Shown piece by piece: positions 18,197 to 26,689 of a stretch of DNA of 64,000 nucleotides; the first letter of the stretch is position 1; every line of letters starts with the position of its first letter. The DNA comes from Synechococcus sp. (GTDB lineage: Bacteria > Cyanobacteriota > Cyanobacteriia > PCC-6307 > Cyanobiaceae). The position numbers were made by a program, and so were the translations under genes. Under the pieces are notes generated by a model. It worked only from the letters and a program-made list of their open reading frames with translations, made no database searches and was not told the DNA's origin. The stretch is taken from assembly GCA_047285305.1 (NCBI GenBank), contig JBJBDL010000003.1, forward strand, positions 800,001 to 864,000, given 5' to 3'.

Positions 18197-18772
18197 TTGC
18201 CACCGCGCTCGATGCTGATGGCAAGTAAGAGCACCAGGCCGCTGACTGCTGAGCAGTTCGGTCTGTTGATGGCAGCCATCACGAGGGCCGCTCACCTGGA
18301 CCCCAAAGCCCAACGCGACTACGTGCTCATCAAAGGTGCGTACTTGCTCGGATGCAGGGTCTCGGAGATCGCGGCTATCCGTTGGAAAGACATCGAGGCG
18401 CTCGATGACGGAGGCCAGATCCACCTTTTCGGCAAAGGATCCAAGCGACACACTGTTCGCGTATCGCCAGCAACGCTTGGCCTCTTTCAAGGACTTGGCC
18501 GCGGCTCTGATGAAGAGTTCGTCTTCCCTAGTCCCAGGCGGGATGGGCATCTCACACGCCAAGCAATTGGAGATGTTTGCCGGAAGTGGGGACGCGCCGC
18601 CGGGTTCCACGTTCACCCGCACCAACTGAGGTACAGCCATGCCACACACGCTGTGCAGAGGGGCGTGGACGTATTCACGCTTCAAGCCACGCTCGGTCAC
18701 TCATCGAGCGCGACTACTTGGCATTACGTGGCTGCAAATCCTCTGGACAGCAGTTCTCTGCGTGTTGGTTAA
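18197..18772 (+). pseudogene. Second tyrosine recombinase, N-terminally truncated (catalytic domain only)
   Basis: Highly similar to 9140-9715; lacks the core-binding domain; HQLRH changed to HQLRY and TTGHY to TTWHY. Confidence 0.88.
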
Positions 18773-18807
18773 TGAATTGATCTCTTGACAGTGACGCTTT
18801 ATTAGGG

Positions 18808-19080
18808 ATGTATTTCAGCCCACTAACTGTGCTCAACGCTGTTGGTTCATTGTTGAAATGGCTGTTTCTCAAAAAGCCTGACCAGTCAAAGCAACCAACG
18901 CTTAAAGAGCGGACTCAGCAGACAGTGCATGCCGATCAAGTGGCTGAGATTCATATAGGGCCAAAAGGTGGTTTGTACCGAATCGATGCCAACGGGAAGA
19001 AGGTTTACCTAAAGGCATCTGAACAGCCGAAGCAGGGCAAACCACGTCGAGCGAAACGGCGTCGTCCTAAAGCGGCATAA
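18808..19080 (+). CDS. Basic hypothetical protein with GPKGGLY...NGKKVY motif
   Basis: Motif resembles the PBCV-type basic adaptor domain; Arg/Lys-rich tail. Confidence 0.6.
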   Translation: MYFSPLTVLNAVGSLLKWLFLKKPDQSKQPTLKERTQQTVHADQVAEIHIGPKGGLYRIDANGKKVYLKASEQPKQGKPRRAKRRRPKAA

Positions 19081-19096
19081 ACGGAGTTACGGCTAC

Positions 19097-19324
19097 TTAG
19101 AAGCGTCCATAGGAGGAGCGGCGTGTCCTCTTGAGGTGGATGCGCTTGTAGCGGCCACCGCTCTTGCCATGAACGATTGGGAGGATGGGCTTTCTTGTCC
19201 ACCAATCCAGTGCCTGACGCCGGGAAATAAATCCCCAGAGTGCTCTTAGGGGTTTCCACAAAGCCCCAGCACCAAACGCCAGAAGGGCAACGAGCAGAAG
19301 AAAACCGATTACGTCCAAGATCAC
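19097..19324 (-). CDS. Small membrane protein with basic tail (paralog 2)
   Basis: Paralog of 12942-13175. Confidence 0.75.
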   Translation of the reverse strand: MILDVIGFLLLVALLAFGAGALWKPLRALWGFISRRQALDWWTRKPILPIVHGKSGGRYKRIHLKRTRRSSYGRF

Positions 19325-19611
19325 GGCACGTCGGTTGGCTCAACGGACCAATCATGCCGTGCATTAAAAAGGCGGGTTCTTCAGGCCCGCCTCATCCGTC
19401 TTTTTCTTCGGGTGTCACGCCTCAGAATCCGCAGCTCTGCGGAGCGAGAGCCTAGTGACGACTTTCCTCAACGGTGATTGCGTCGCCAAAATGCTGCGGA
19501 GGCTATTGCGCTGAGTGTCGAAGCGAAAAGAAAGGTGAAACCTGTAGCGACCGTCGCAGACCAGGTCACCCCCTGAGAAATGAGAATCGTTCGCGTCTTC
19601 AAGCTGTCGTT

Positions 19612-19788
19612 ATGACTGAAGCGCTCAAACTCCCTTATTCGGTTCAAGGGCGCGGAACCGTTGAGTCCATTGGCAATCACTTTTATCGGGTTTGTGGCCC
19701 TGCGGGCTGCACCGTTGTGATGGGCCTTTCCAATGCTCTTTATCTGAGCCGGAATGTTCCTGAATCAGCTGCCCCAGCTGATCCTTAA
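19612..19788 (+). CDS. Hypothetical protein (MTEALKLPY...)
   Basis: ATG-started portion of the 19474-19788 ORF, followed by a hairpin. Confidence 0.45.
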   Translation: MTEALKLPYSVQGRGTVESIGNHFYRVCGPAGCTVVMGLSNALYLSRNVPESAAPADP

Positions 19789-20060
19789 GCACTCCCTGGT
19801 GGTTCTGAGCTGACCAACCGCATGCGGGTGGAGCTGGTCAGCTCACAGCACTGGCAGCGCCATGGTCCCCATCAGGGTCCCAACTCCAATGACTACGAGC
19901 ACCAGAAGCAGCATTCACTTCATCGAAAAACCCCAAAAAAAAGCCCCCTGGTGGGGGAGTTGATACGTCAGAGTTCACATGCTGAGGACGGCGGTCAGTT
20001 GTGGATCAATGGGTCAGTGAGCCCTCACTTCCCTTATCAATGCAGTGATTCTGCAGAGGT

Positions 20061-20201
20061 ATGGATCAGGCCATGGTCATGAAGCTCGGGCTCATCGGCC
20101 TTGGTGGAGTCATCTTGCTGGCCTTCAGAAAGATGATCTTTCCCTTGGTGCTGCTAACTGGCGGTAGCTATTTCGCCTGGCGTGCTCTGTTCAAGAAATA
20201 G
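20061..20201 (+). CDS. Small membrane protein (46 aa; not in ORF track)
   Basis: GAGGT RBS; MDQAMVMKLGLIGLGGVILLAFRKMIFPLVLLTGGSYFAWRALFKK. Confidence 0.6.
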   Translation: MDQAMVMKLGLIGLGGVILLAFRKMIFPLVLLTGGSYFAWRALFKK

Positions 20202-20204
20202 GTC

Positions 20205-20366
20205 GTGGCTGATTTCCTGGTCTACCCGCTGGTATTTGGCATGGTTGCCTTCCTCTACACCCTTGCAATGGCTCAGTTATTGAAAGATGAAGCTGGTTAC
20301 TTCCAGGATCGCTTGGATCGTCGCCGCAGTCGCCGCGAGGGAAATTGTTGCGGTCTTTCTCGTTAA
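20205..20366 (+). CDS. Small membrane protein (53 aa; not in ORF track)
   Basis: GTG start 3 bp after the previous stop; N-terminal hydrophobic helix, charged tail. Confidence 0.5.
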   Translation: MADFLVYPLVFGMVAFLYTLAMAQLLKDEAGYFQDRLDRRRSRREGNCCGLSR

Positions 20367-20536
20367 TATTTAGGAAATAGAATATATCGAATCATAGGTT
20401 AATTGAATTTTCTTTGCCATATGAAAAAAATATAATGGCTGAACTATTTTGACGTTGTTGCTTGAGAGCAATTGATGCACAGCCAAAATTTGTGCTCGCA
20501 ATAGCTTTTCAAGTCTTTTTAGTGATTCTGCTTTAA

Positions 20537-21475
20537 ATGAACGCCTCTCTCTCTCCAAAATTCAGATTCGGTGCCGAGTCAAAAGCGGCCGATATCAGTT
20601 TTTCATCGCTGCAGTCGACCGTCGGGGAGAGCAAGGCTGCGCTGACGAATGCTGACTACTTAAGGCAATCATGCGCTCAGATGCAAATACCTGTTGGACC
20701 TCGAGATCATTCTGAATGTCCGCATCGAGTGACCTTTGATTGTTTTGTGCCATCTGATAGTGAGGCTTTGCATCAGGGGATTGAGGCTGCATACCGACAG
20801 GTTTTGGGTAATGCACATGTCATGGACCATGAACGCTGCGGCGTGCTTGAAGCCCAATTCGCTGATGGACGGCTTTGTGCTCGTGAATTCGTTAGGGGTC
20901 TCGCTAAAAGCGAACTCTATAAGTCTCGTTATTTCTACAAAGTCTCTGCATATCGCGGGATTGAGCTGAATTTCAAGCATTTACTTGGACGCCCACCCCA
21001 TGATCAGCAAGAAGTTGCAAATGCAGCTGCAATTCAATCAGCACAAGGTTTCGATGCACTGGTTGATGCAATAATTGATTCTGCGGAATATACAGAAGTT
21101 TTTGGTGATCATGGGGTTCCGTACGTCCGCTCATTCACCTCGGCAAGCGGAATGTCAATGCTTAGCTTTGTCCGAATCGCTGCTCTTGAGAAAAATTTTG
21201 CCAGCAGCGATCGATCAAAAGGGAATGACAGCTCGATCCGCAGCAGCCTCGCCGGTGGAGTAAGCATTGCCATTGATGTAGCCCCAGCGCCTGAATACCT
21301 AGCTGTGTCTTCTGCATGGGTTGGAAATAAGCCGCCCGCTGATTATGAAAAGCTTTGGAGAGGCTTGGCTCTTGTTGGTGCAGCTCACCTCGCTGGAATG
21401 TTGGTGAATGTGGCGTCTCAAATGCTTGGGATCCATGCACTGGACCGTTTACCTGCCATTTTCCTCGGCCTCTGA
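20537..21475 (+). CDS. Phycoerythrin-associated phycobilisome linker (Mpe-type) with hydrophobic C-terminus
   Basis: Linker domain (AAYRQVLGN, REFVRGLAKSELY, IELNFKHLLGRPP, DSAEY.EVFG..VPY); N-terminal RQSCA...GPR.HSECP resembles chromophorylated Mpe linkers. Confidence 0.85.
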   Translation: MNASLSPKFRFGAESKAADISFSSLQSTVGESKAALTNADYLRQSCAQMQIPVGPRDHSECPHRVTFDCFVPSDSEALHQGIEAAYRQVLGNAHVMDHERCGVLEAQFADGRLCAREFVRGLAKSELYKSRYFYKVSAYRGIELNFKHLLGRPPHDQQEVANAAAIQSAQGFDALVDAIIDSAEYTEVFGDHGVPYVRSFTSASGMSMLSFVRIAALEKNFASSDRSKGNDSSIRSSLAGGVSIAIDVAPAPEYLAVSSAWVGNKPPADYEKLWRGLALVGAAHLAGMLVNVASQMLGIHALDRLPAIFLGL

Positions 21476-21486
21476 TCCTGTTTTTA

Positions 21487-21536
21487 CAGCGAATAATAGG
21501 TGCAAGCCACTCTTGGCTTGCACCTATTATTCGCTG
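21487..21536. repeat. Perfect 23-bp inverted repeat with 4-nt loop
   Basis: cagcgaataataggtgcaagcca-ctct-tggcttgcacctattattcgctg. Confidence 0.95.
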
Positions 21537-21787
21537 GTCAATATCACCAATATGGCCTAACTCGTCTTGCAAGATATCTTTCTATTTATCTTTCTTTTTA
21601 GTGATCAAACGCTGATGTGGGTATGCAGATGATTGGCATTAGACAGGCCCTACAGGTGGGCTCACACTGCCTGCTAAGCAGATCGACGATGCGTTGAGTT
21701 TTTTTAGATCGGTATGTCAACTTATATGTATCTTGGGTGACAAGCATCTACCCACAATCAAACTGACCGAAATTAAATTTTAAAGCA

Positions 21788-22012
21788 ATGACCTATCACA
21801 CCTTTATGCTTTTGCAGGGAGAGAAGGTGCAGATGGAAGTAGACCCTAGTGCAATTAATACTGTTGCGGTTTCCTTGGAAGATGGATCGACGATTTATGC
21901 CGTTGCAGGCGCATCTGAGGAGAAGAAATTAGTTTCAATGCAGAGGCGTATCGAGGAAGACAAAGCAATTGTTTTATTGATGCAGGTCAGGGATGAAATA
22001 GCTGCTGCGTAA
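21788..22012 (+). CDS. Hypothetical protein
   Basis: 74-aa ORF after an AT-rich promoter-like region. Confidence 0.55.
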   Translation: MTYHTFMLLQGEKVQMEVDPSAINTVAVSLEDGSTIYAVAGASEEKKLVSMQRRIEEDKAIVLLMQVRDEIAAA

Positions 22013-22063
22013 TTCTTCGGCGTGCGGATTCATGAAATGCACTCGTCATCTCATATTGAGCCA

Positions 22064-22270
22064 ATGGCTAAGGGCTATTGGAACGTTTGTGGCGAACTTG
22101 CCAACCCTGAAGGGATGGATCCTTACATCCACGCTGTTAATCCCTATCTGGCCAAATACGGAGTGCGCTTTCTCTGCAGAGACCTCAAGATGGATGTCCG
22201 CGAAGGCAATGCCGGCCATTTGACCGTGACTATCGAGTTCCAATCATTGGCTGCAGCGAAAGCTGCCTAA
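22064..22270 (+). pseudogene. DUF1330-like protein, 3'-truncated
   Basis: MAKGYW...YL.KYG.RFL.R....EG...VTIEF.SLAAAKAA, then stops before the usual C-terminal helix. Confidence 0.75.
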
Positions 22271-22271
22271 T

Positions 22272-22413
22272 AGGCGCCCGAAAAGGCTGGTGGTGAAGGG
22301 TGGCTGTAATTCCGAGCAGCAGCAAAAGCTCTGTCACTTCAAGCCCGATACGGCGACGTTACACGCTCAGTGGGTAGCCATCAGGACCTACAGCAACATT
22401 CCGCCCCGCCCGC
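22272..22413 (+). pseudogene. DUF1651-like 5' half with +1 frameshift
   Basis: High identity to 15979-16119; ctgtaattcc versus ctgtattcc. Confidence 0.85.
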
Positions 22414-22513
22414 ATGTGCGTTAGAGCCTGTCCTCAAGCTCTTCGAACTTCATTGCGCTGTTGAGCATTACCTGTATGGACTCGGCCAAGGTTCGGCAGC
22501 CTTGGTGAAATCC

Positions 22514-22759
22514 CTAGCCGCCCTTGCAGTATCTGACCCTTTCCGGAGACAACGGAGGGTCCCAACCAGTCCTGGGGGTCAACACGCAGATCGCTGAAGG
22601 GATGGTCTGGAGCAGCAGGCAAAACGCGATGACCAGCAACGCGAAGCCTGTGCCGGGGGCGTGGATGTTGGCTTGGAACCAGGGTTTATGAGCCATGCCA
22701 TCAGTGTGCCGCTGACATGGAACCGCGTCCTGCCAGATGCGCTCCAGAAGGAGACGCAT
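22514..22759 (-). CDS. Hypothetical membrane protein ending RYCKGG
   Basis: One hydrophobic helix; start uncertain. Confidence 0.45.
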   Translation of the reverse strand: MRLLLERIWQDAVPCQRHTDGMAHKPWFQANIHAPGTGFALLVIAFCLLLQTIPSAICVLTPRTGWDPPLSPERVRYCKGG

Positions 22760-23087
22760 CCTGATGGTGACATCGGTTGGGCGACAGAGGATCAGCTGAG
22801 GTTGGCTTCTGGCTGAAAGCTCGGTTTATTGGGGTAACAGCTGATGCAACGTGGTCCGCATCCTTAAAGACCAATGGTTCGCTTTGGCGTTGGGAGCCAC
22901 TGCGCTCATCGCATTGTTCTGGCTTGAGTTGCTGGCCTACTGACAAGGGTTCTTGAAACCAGATTTTGTCCTCACTCTGCATGGTCAACAGAACTCTTGG
23001 CGGATGGTGAGGATCCCGAACGTTATTTCTGACCCACCTTGCGTCTGAATGTTTATGAGCAGGATCCGTACCGTTAGTTTTTGATGT

Positions 23088-23222
23088 TTAGAGCAAGTTT
23101 GGGTACGCATTAAGGAGTCCCCAGATCACCAGTGCGGTGATCGAGGCAAAGATCACGGCTGTCCATGCAGCCAGATCGGCGTTGTTGCTGGACCCTTGCA
23201 AAAGCTGAAAAAGGCGTGCCAT
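23088..23222 (-). CDS. Small single-TM protein (44 aa; not in ORF track)
   Basis: MARLFQLLQGSSNNADLAAWTAVIFASITALVIWGLLNAYPNLL. Confidence 0.6.
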   Translation of the reverse strand: MARLFQLLQGSSNNADLAAWTAVIFASITALVIWGLLNAYPNLL

Positions 23223-23341
23223 CAGAAAAAACGCAAGCTCTTCGGTTCTGGCTCAGCTGGAGGGCAAATTCCAGTCTTATTTGCGAGCCCTCATACGTTC
23301 AGGGGGGTCACGACAGATCCGAACTCAGTGCTCCAGTTTTT

Positions 23342-23557
23342 TTAGTGATATTCCCCGGGGTGCTGAATCTTGGTGACGCTCACGCCGGAGGAACTCTTGC
23401 CGGAGAACCGCAGCAGTTCATCGCCGGAGACTTCATAACCCAGTCCCTGGGCAATCAGGGCCGCAGCATCGGCGCTCACGGCCTGCAGCACTTGCTCCCT
23501 GAGCGAAGGATCTCTGGAGATGTGACCAAAAAATTGCCGGAGTTGGTCCGTGCTCAT
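23342..23557 (-). CDS. Nif11-like leader peptide family protein
   Basis: MS.DQL.QF...I..DPSLREQV.....D....IA...GY.VS.DEL pattern. Confidence 0.8.
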   Translation of the reverse strand: MSTDQLRQFFGHISRDPSLREQVLQAVSADAAALIAQGLGYEVSGDELLRFSGKSSSGVSVTKIQHPGEYH

Positions 23558-23640
23558 GCCGCTGAGGATGTCCTGCCGATTCTGCCCGGTCTGGTCTTTC
23601 CTCTTGCCTGTTGACTGGTGAGCAGATTAGGTCCAATGGG

Positions 23641-24357
23641 ATGACGCAATTAGCGGTGTCAGGCGCCTCTGGCAAAACCGGACGGCGCGTGGTGGAGGAG
23701 GCGCTCAAGCGTGGTCAATCGGTTCGAGCCATTGTTCGGCCGGCTTCCGTGCTGCCCCCCGCCCTGGCCCGGGCCGAGCAGGAGGGGCGCCTCGAGGTGC
23801 GTCGCTTGGAGCTGGACACGGCGGAAGCTTTGCTCCATGCGTTGCAGGGCTGCACGGCCTTGGTGATTGCCACCGGTGCTCGCCCTTCAATCAACCTGGC
23901 CGGTCCCTTGCAGGTGGATGCCTGGGGAGTGCAGGCGCAGGTGCAGGCCTGCTGCTCTTTGGGGCTGAAACGCGTGGTGCTGGTTAGCTCCCTTTGCTCT
24001 GGCCGTTGGCTGCATCCCCTTAATTTGTTTGGCTTGATCCTGGTTTGGAAGCGGCTCGGTGAGTGCTGCCTGGAGCGGAGCGGTTTGGATTGGACGGTGA
24101 TCCGGCCTGGAGGGCTAAGTGAAGACGACAGTCGCAGCGCCACGGAGGGATTGCTGGTGACCGACGCCGATCAACAGCAAAGCAACAGCATTCCACGCCG
24201 TCTTGTGGCACAGGTCTGCCTGGATGCTCTGGAGCAGCCTGAGGCCTGTGGTCGCATCCTGGAAATCACCAGCTCCCCAGCCCAGCCCCAGCAGACGCTG
24301 AGCCAGTGCCTGGATCAGATTTCCAGCCGCTCCCAGATCACGCCCAGATTCTCCTGA
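23641..24357 (+). CDS. NAD(P)-binding atypical SDR (Tic62/Ycf39-like)
   Basis: VSGASGKTGR, VLVSSLC and WTVIRPGGL motifs. Confidence 0.88.
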   Translation: MTQLAVSGASGKTGRRVVEEALKRGQSVRAIVRPASVLPPALARAEQEGRLEVRRLELDTAEALLHALQGCTALVIATGARPSINLAGPLQVDAWGVQAQVQACCSLGLKRVVLVSSLCSGRWLHPLNLFGLILVWKRLGECCLERSGLDWTVIRPGGLSEDDSRSATEGLLVTDADQQQSNSIPRRLVAQVCLDALEQPEACGRILEITSSPAQPQQTLSQCLDQISSRSQITPRFS

Positions 24358-25610
24358 TGCAATGCGGTGCTGAAGCAGTCCTCCAGCTCTGCCGCGGAGA
24401 GGCGGCTGGTGACATCATCATCCGCTTCGAGGTTGGCGCGGAAGTCGCCGCCGGGGTTGTTCCAGGCGGTGTGGGCATTGCGTTGGACGACCCGGTATGC
24501 CTCCTCTCGGCTCATGCCAGTACCCACGAGAGCAAGAAGCACCCGCTGGCTGAATACCACGCCGCCATACACATTCATGTTGCGGCGCATGTTCTCGGGG
24601 TAGATGCCAAGACCCTTAACCACGCTGGTCATCTCCCGCAGCATGAAGTGCAAGGTCACTGAGCAATCGGGAAGCATCATTCGTTCCGTGGAGCTGTGGC
24701 TGATGTCTCGCTCATGCCAGAGGGCCACATTCTCAAGGGCAGCAATGGTGTAGCTGCGCAGCACCCGGGCCAGACCGCTGATCCGCTCGCTGCGGATCGG
24801 GTTGCGTTTGTGGGGCATGGCGGAGCTGCCTTTCTGGCCCTTGGCGAAGTTCTCCTCCACTTCCAGCACGTCGGTGCGTTGGAGGTTGCGAATCTCGGTG
24901 GAGAAGCGCTCCAGGGAGGCTCCCACCAGGGCGAGGGTCTGCACGTAGTCGGCATGGCGATCGCGGGAGATCACCTGGGTGCTGGCGGTGTCGGGAGTGA
25001 GCCCGAGGATCTCGCAGGCGATCGCTTCCACCTGGGGATCGGTGTTGGCATAGGTGCCCATAGCGCCGCTTACCTGGCCCACGGCCACATCCTGCTCAAG
25101 CCTTTCCAGCCGGATGCGGTTGCGCTCGGTTTCCGCCAGCCAGCCGGCCACCTTGAACCCGAAGGTGATCGGTTCGCCGTGGATGGCATGGGAGCGGCCG
25201 ATCATTTCGGTGCCCTTGTGGGCCCGGGCCAGTTCGCGCAGGGCGTCTGCCAGTGCATCGAGCTCGGTGCGCAGCAGGGCTACGGAGCGTTTCAGCTGTA
25301 GGGCCACGCCCGTGTCCAGCACGTCGCTGCTGGTCATGCCCACATGGATGTGACGTCCGGCATCACCAACGTGCTCATTCACGTTGGTGAGGAAGGCGAT
25401 CACGTCGTGGCGCACTTCGGCTTCAATCTCGAGGATGCGCTCCACCTCGAAGCTGGCTTTGGCTTTGATGGTGTCGAGGGCATCCTGGGGTACCCGGCCG
25501 AGGCGGCAGTTGGCTTCGGTGGCGGCGATCTCTACATCCAGCCAGCTCTGGAACTTGGCCTGTTCGCTCCAGATGGCTCCCATCTCGGGGAGGGTGTAAC
25601 GCTCAATCAC
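24315..25610 (-). CDS. purB: Adenylosuccinate lyase
   Basis: MIERYT start, RHDVIAF, GSSAMPHKRNP, LWHERDISHSS. Confidence 0.98.
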   Translation of the reverse strand: MIERYTLPEMGAIWSEQAKFQSWLDVEIAATEANCRLGRVPQDALDTIKAKASFEVERILEIEAEVRHDVIAFLTNVNEHVGDAGRHIHVGMTSSDVLDTGVALQLKRSVALLRTELDALADALRELARAHKGTEMIGRSHAIHGEPITFGFKVAGWLAETERNRIRLERLEQDVAVGQVSGAMGTYANTDPQVEAIACEILGLTPDTASTQVISRDRHADYVQTLALVGASLERFSTEIRNLQRTDVLEVEENFAKGQKGSSAMPHKRNPIRSERISGLARVLRSYTIAALENVALWHERDISHSSTERMMLPDCSVTLHFMLREMTSVVKGLGIYPENMRRNMNVYGGVVFSQRVLLALVGTGMSREEAYRVVQRNAHTAWNNPGGDFRANLEADDDVTSRLSAAELEDCFSTALHQENLGVIWERLEI

Positions 25611-25835
25611 CGGCTCGCTCGGTTGGACAACCCAACAAATCTATGGGGCCGTCATCCTCGCGAGTTGCTCTCAGCGCTGGGCCTCAACAAGTCGCGGTGC
25701 TCTCGGGATTGGACTTGTCTTGGAACCCGCCCTTGGATGTTCAGCGTTTAGCTCTCAAAAATGCTCCAAAGCATTAATTGCCCCGGAACCGATAGGGACC
25801 GGGGCAATCCTGAGTAGTGAACTGGCGTTGCGAGC

Positions 25836-26195
<360 letters not shown>

Positions 26196-26225
26196 TTAAG
26201 GATGCCGCGGTTCTCAGAGCCGTGC

Positions 26226-26239
26226 GTGGCCGCTGTTAC
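26226..26239 (-). promoter_or_regulatory. Possible NtcA box upstream of glnB
   Basis: Minus strand reads GTA-acagcggc-CAC, one mismatch to GTA-N8-TAC; glnB is a known NtcA target. Confidence 0.5.
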
Positions 26240-26299
26240 AGAACGCTGCCGAAGCTTGACTTCCTAGGGTCGCTGATCAGAAAAGCCCCCCACAGCCCT

Positions 26300-26689
26300 T
26301 TGACCCAGACCCCTCTCTACGGCGAACGCGCCATCGCCGAAGCCGAGCTGATCTGCTTCGACAACCCCCGGCCTGGGCGCCCCTACGAGGTGTCGATCGA
26401 GCTGCCGGAATTCACCTGCAAATGCCCCTTCTCCGGCTATCCCGATTTCGCGGTGCTGCGCCTGATCTATCAACCCGGGCCGCGGGTGGTGGAGCTGAAG
26501 GCGATCAAACTGTATGTGAACAGCTACCGCGACCAGTCGATCTCCCATGAGGAGGTCTCCAACCGCATCCTTGATGATCTGGTGGCGGCCACCGATCCGG
26601 TGTGGATGCAGCTGGAAGCCGATTTCAACCCCCGCGGCAATGTGCACACCGTGGTGCGGGTGAGTCACGGCACCCGTCAGCCCTGCTGA
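26300..26689 (+). CDS. queF: NADPH-dependent 7-cyano-7-deazaguanine reductase
   Basis: [30 protein letters not shown] and FNPRG; TTG start inferred. Confidence 0.95.
   Translation: MTQTPLYGERAIAEAELICFDNPRPGRPYEVSIELPEFTCKCPFSGYPDFAVLRLIYQPGPRVVELKAIKLYVNSYRDQSISHEEVSNRILDDLVAATDPVWMQLEADFNPRGNVHTVVRVSHGTRQPC

Larger units (their letters stand above)
8660..23600. mobile_element. tmRNA-associated genomic island (mosaic of at least two related integrase elements); boundaries approximate
   Basis: Integrase immediately after ssrA, second integrase remnant, internal duplications, AT-rich cargo and many short or decayed ORFs; core-type genes resume at about 23640. Confidence 0.85.

Noticed and set aside
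22421..22438. IS5-like terminal inverted repeat (tagagcctgtcctcaa)
   Set aside because: No partner repeat or transposase seen; also reads as the end of a minus-strand frame (EELEDRL-stop)
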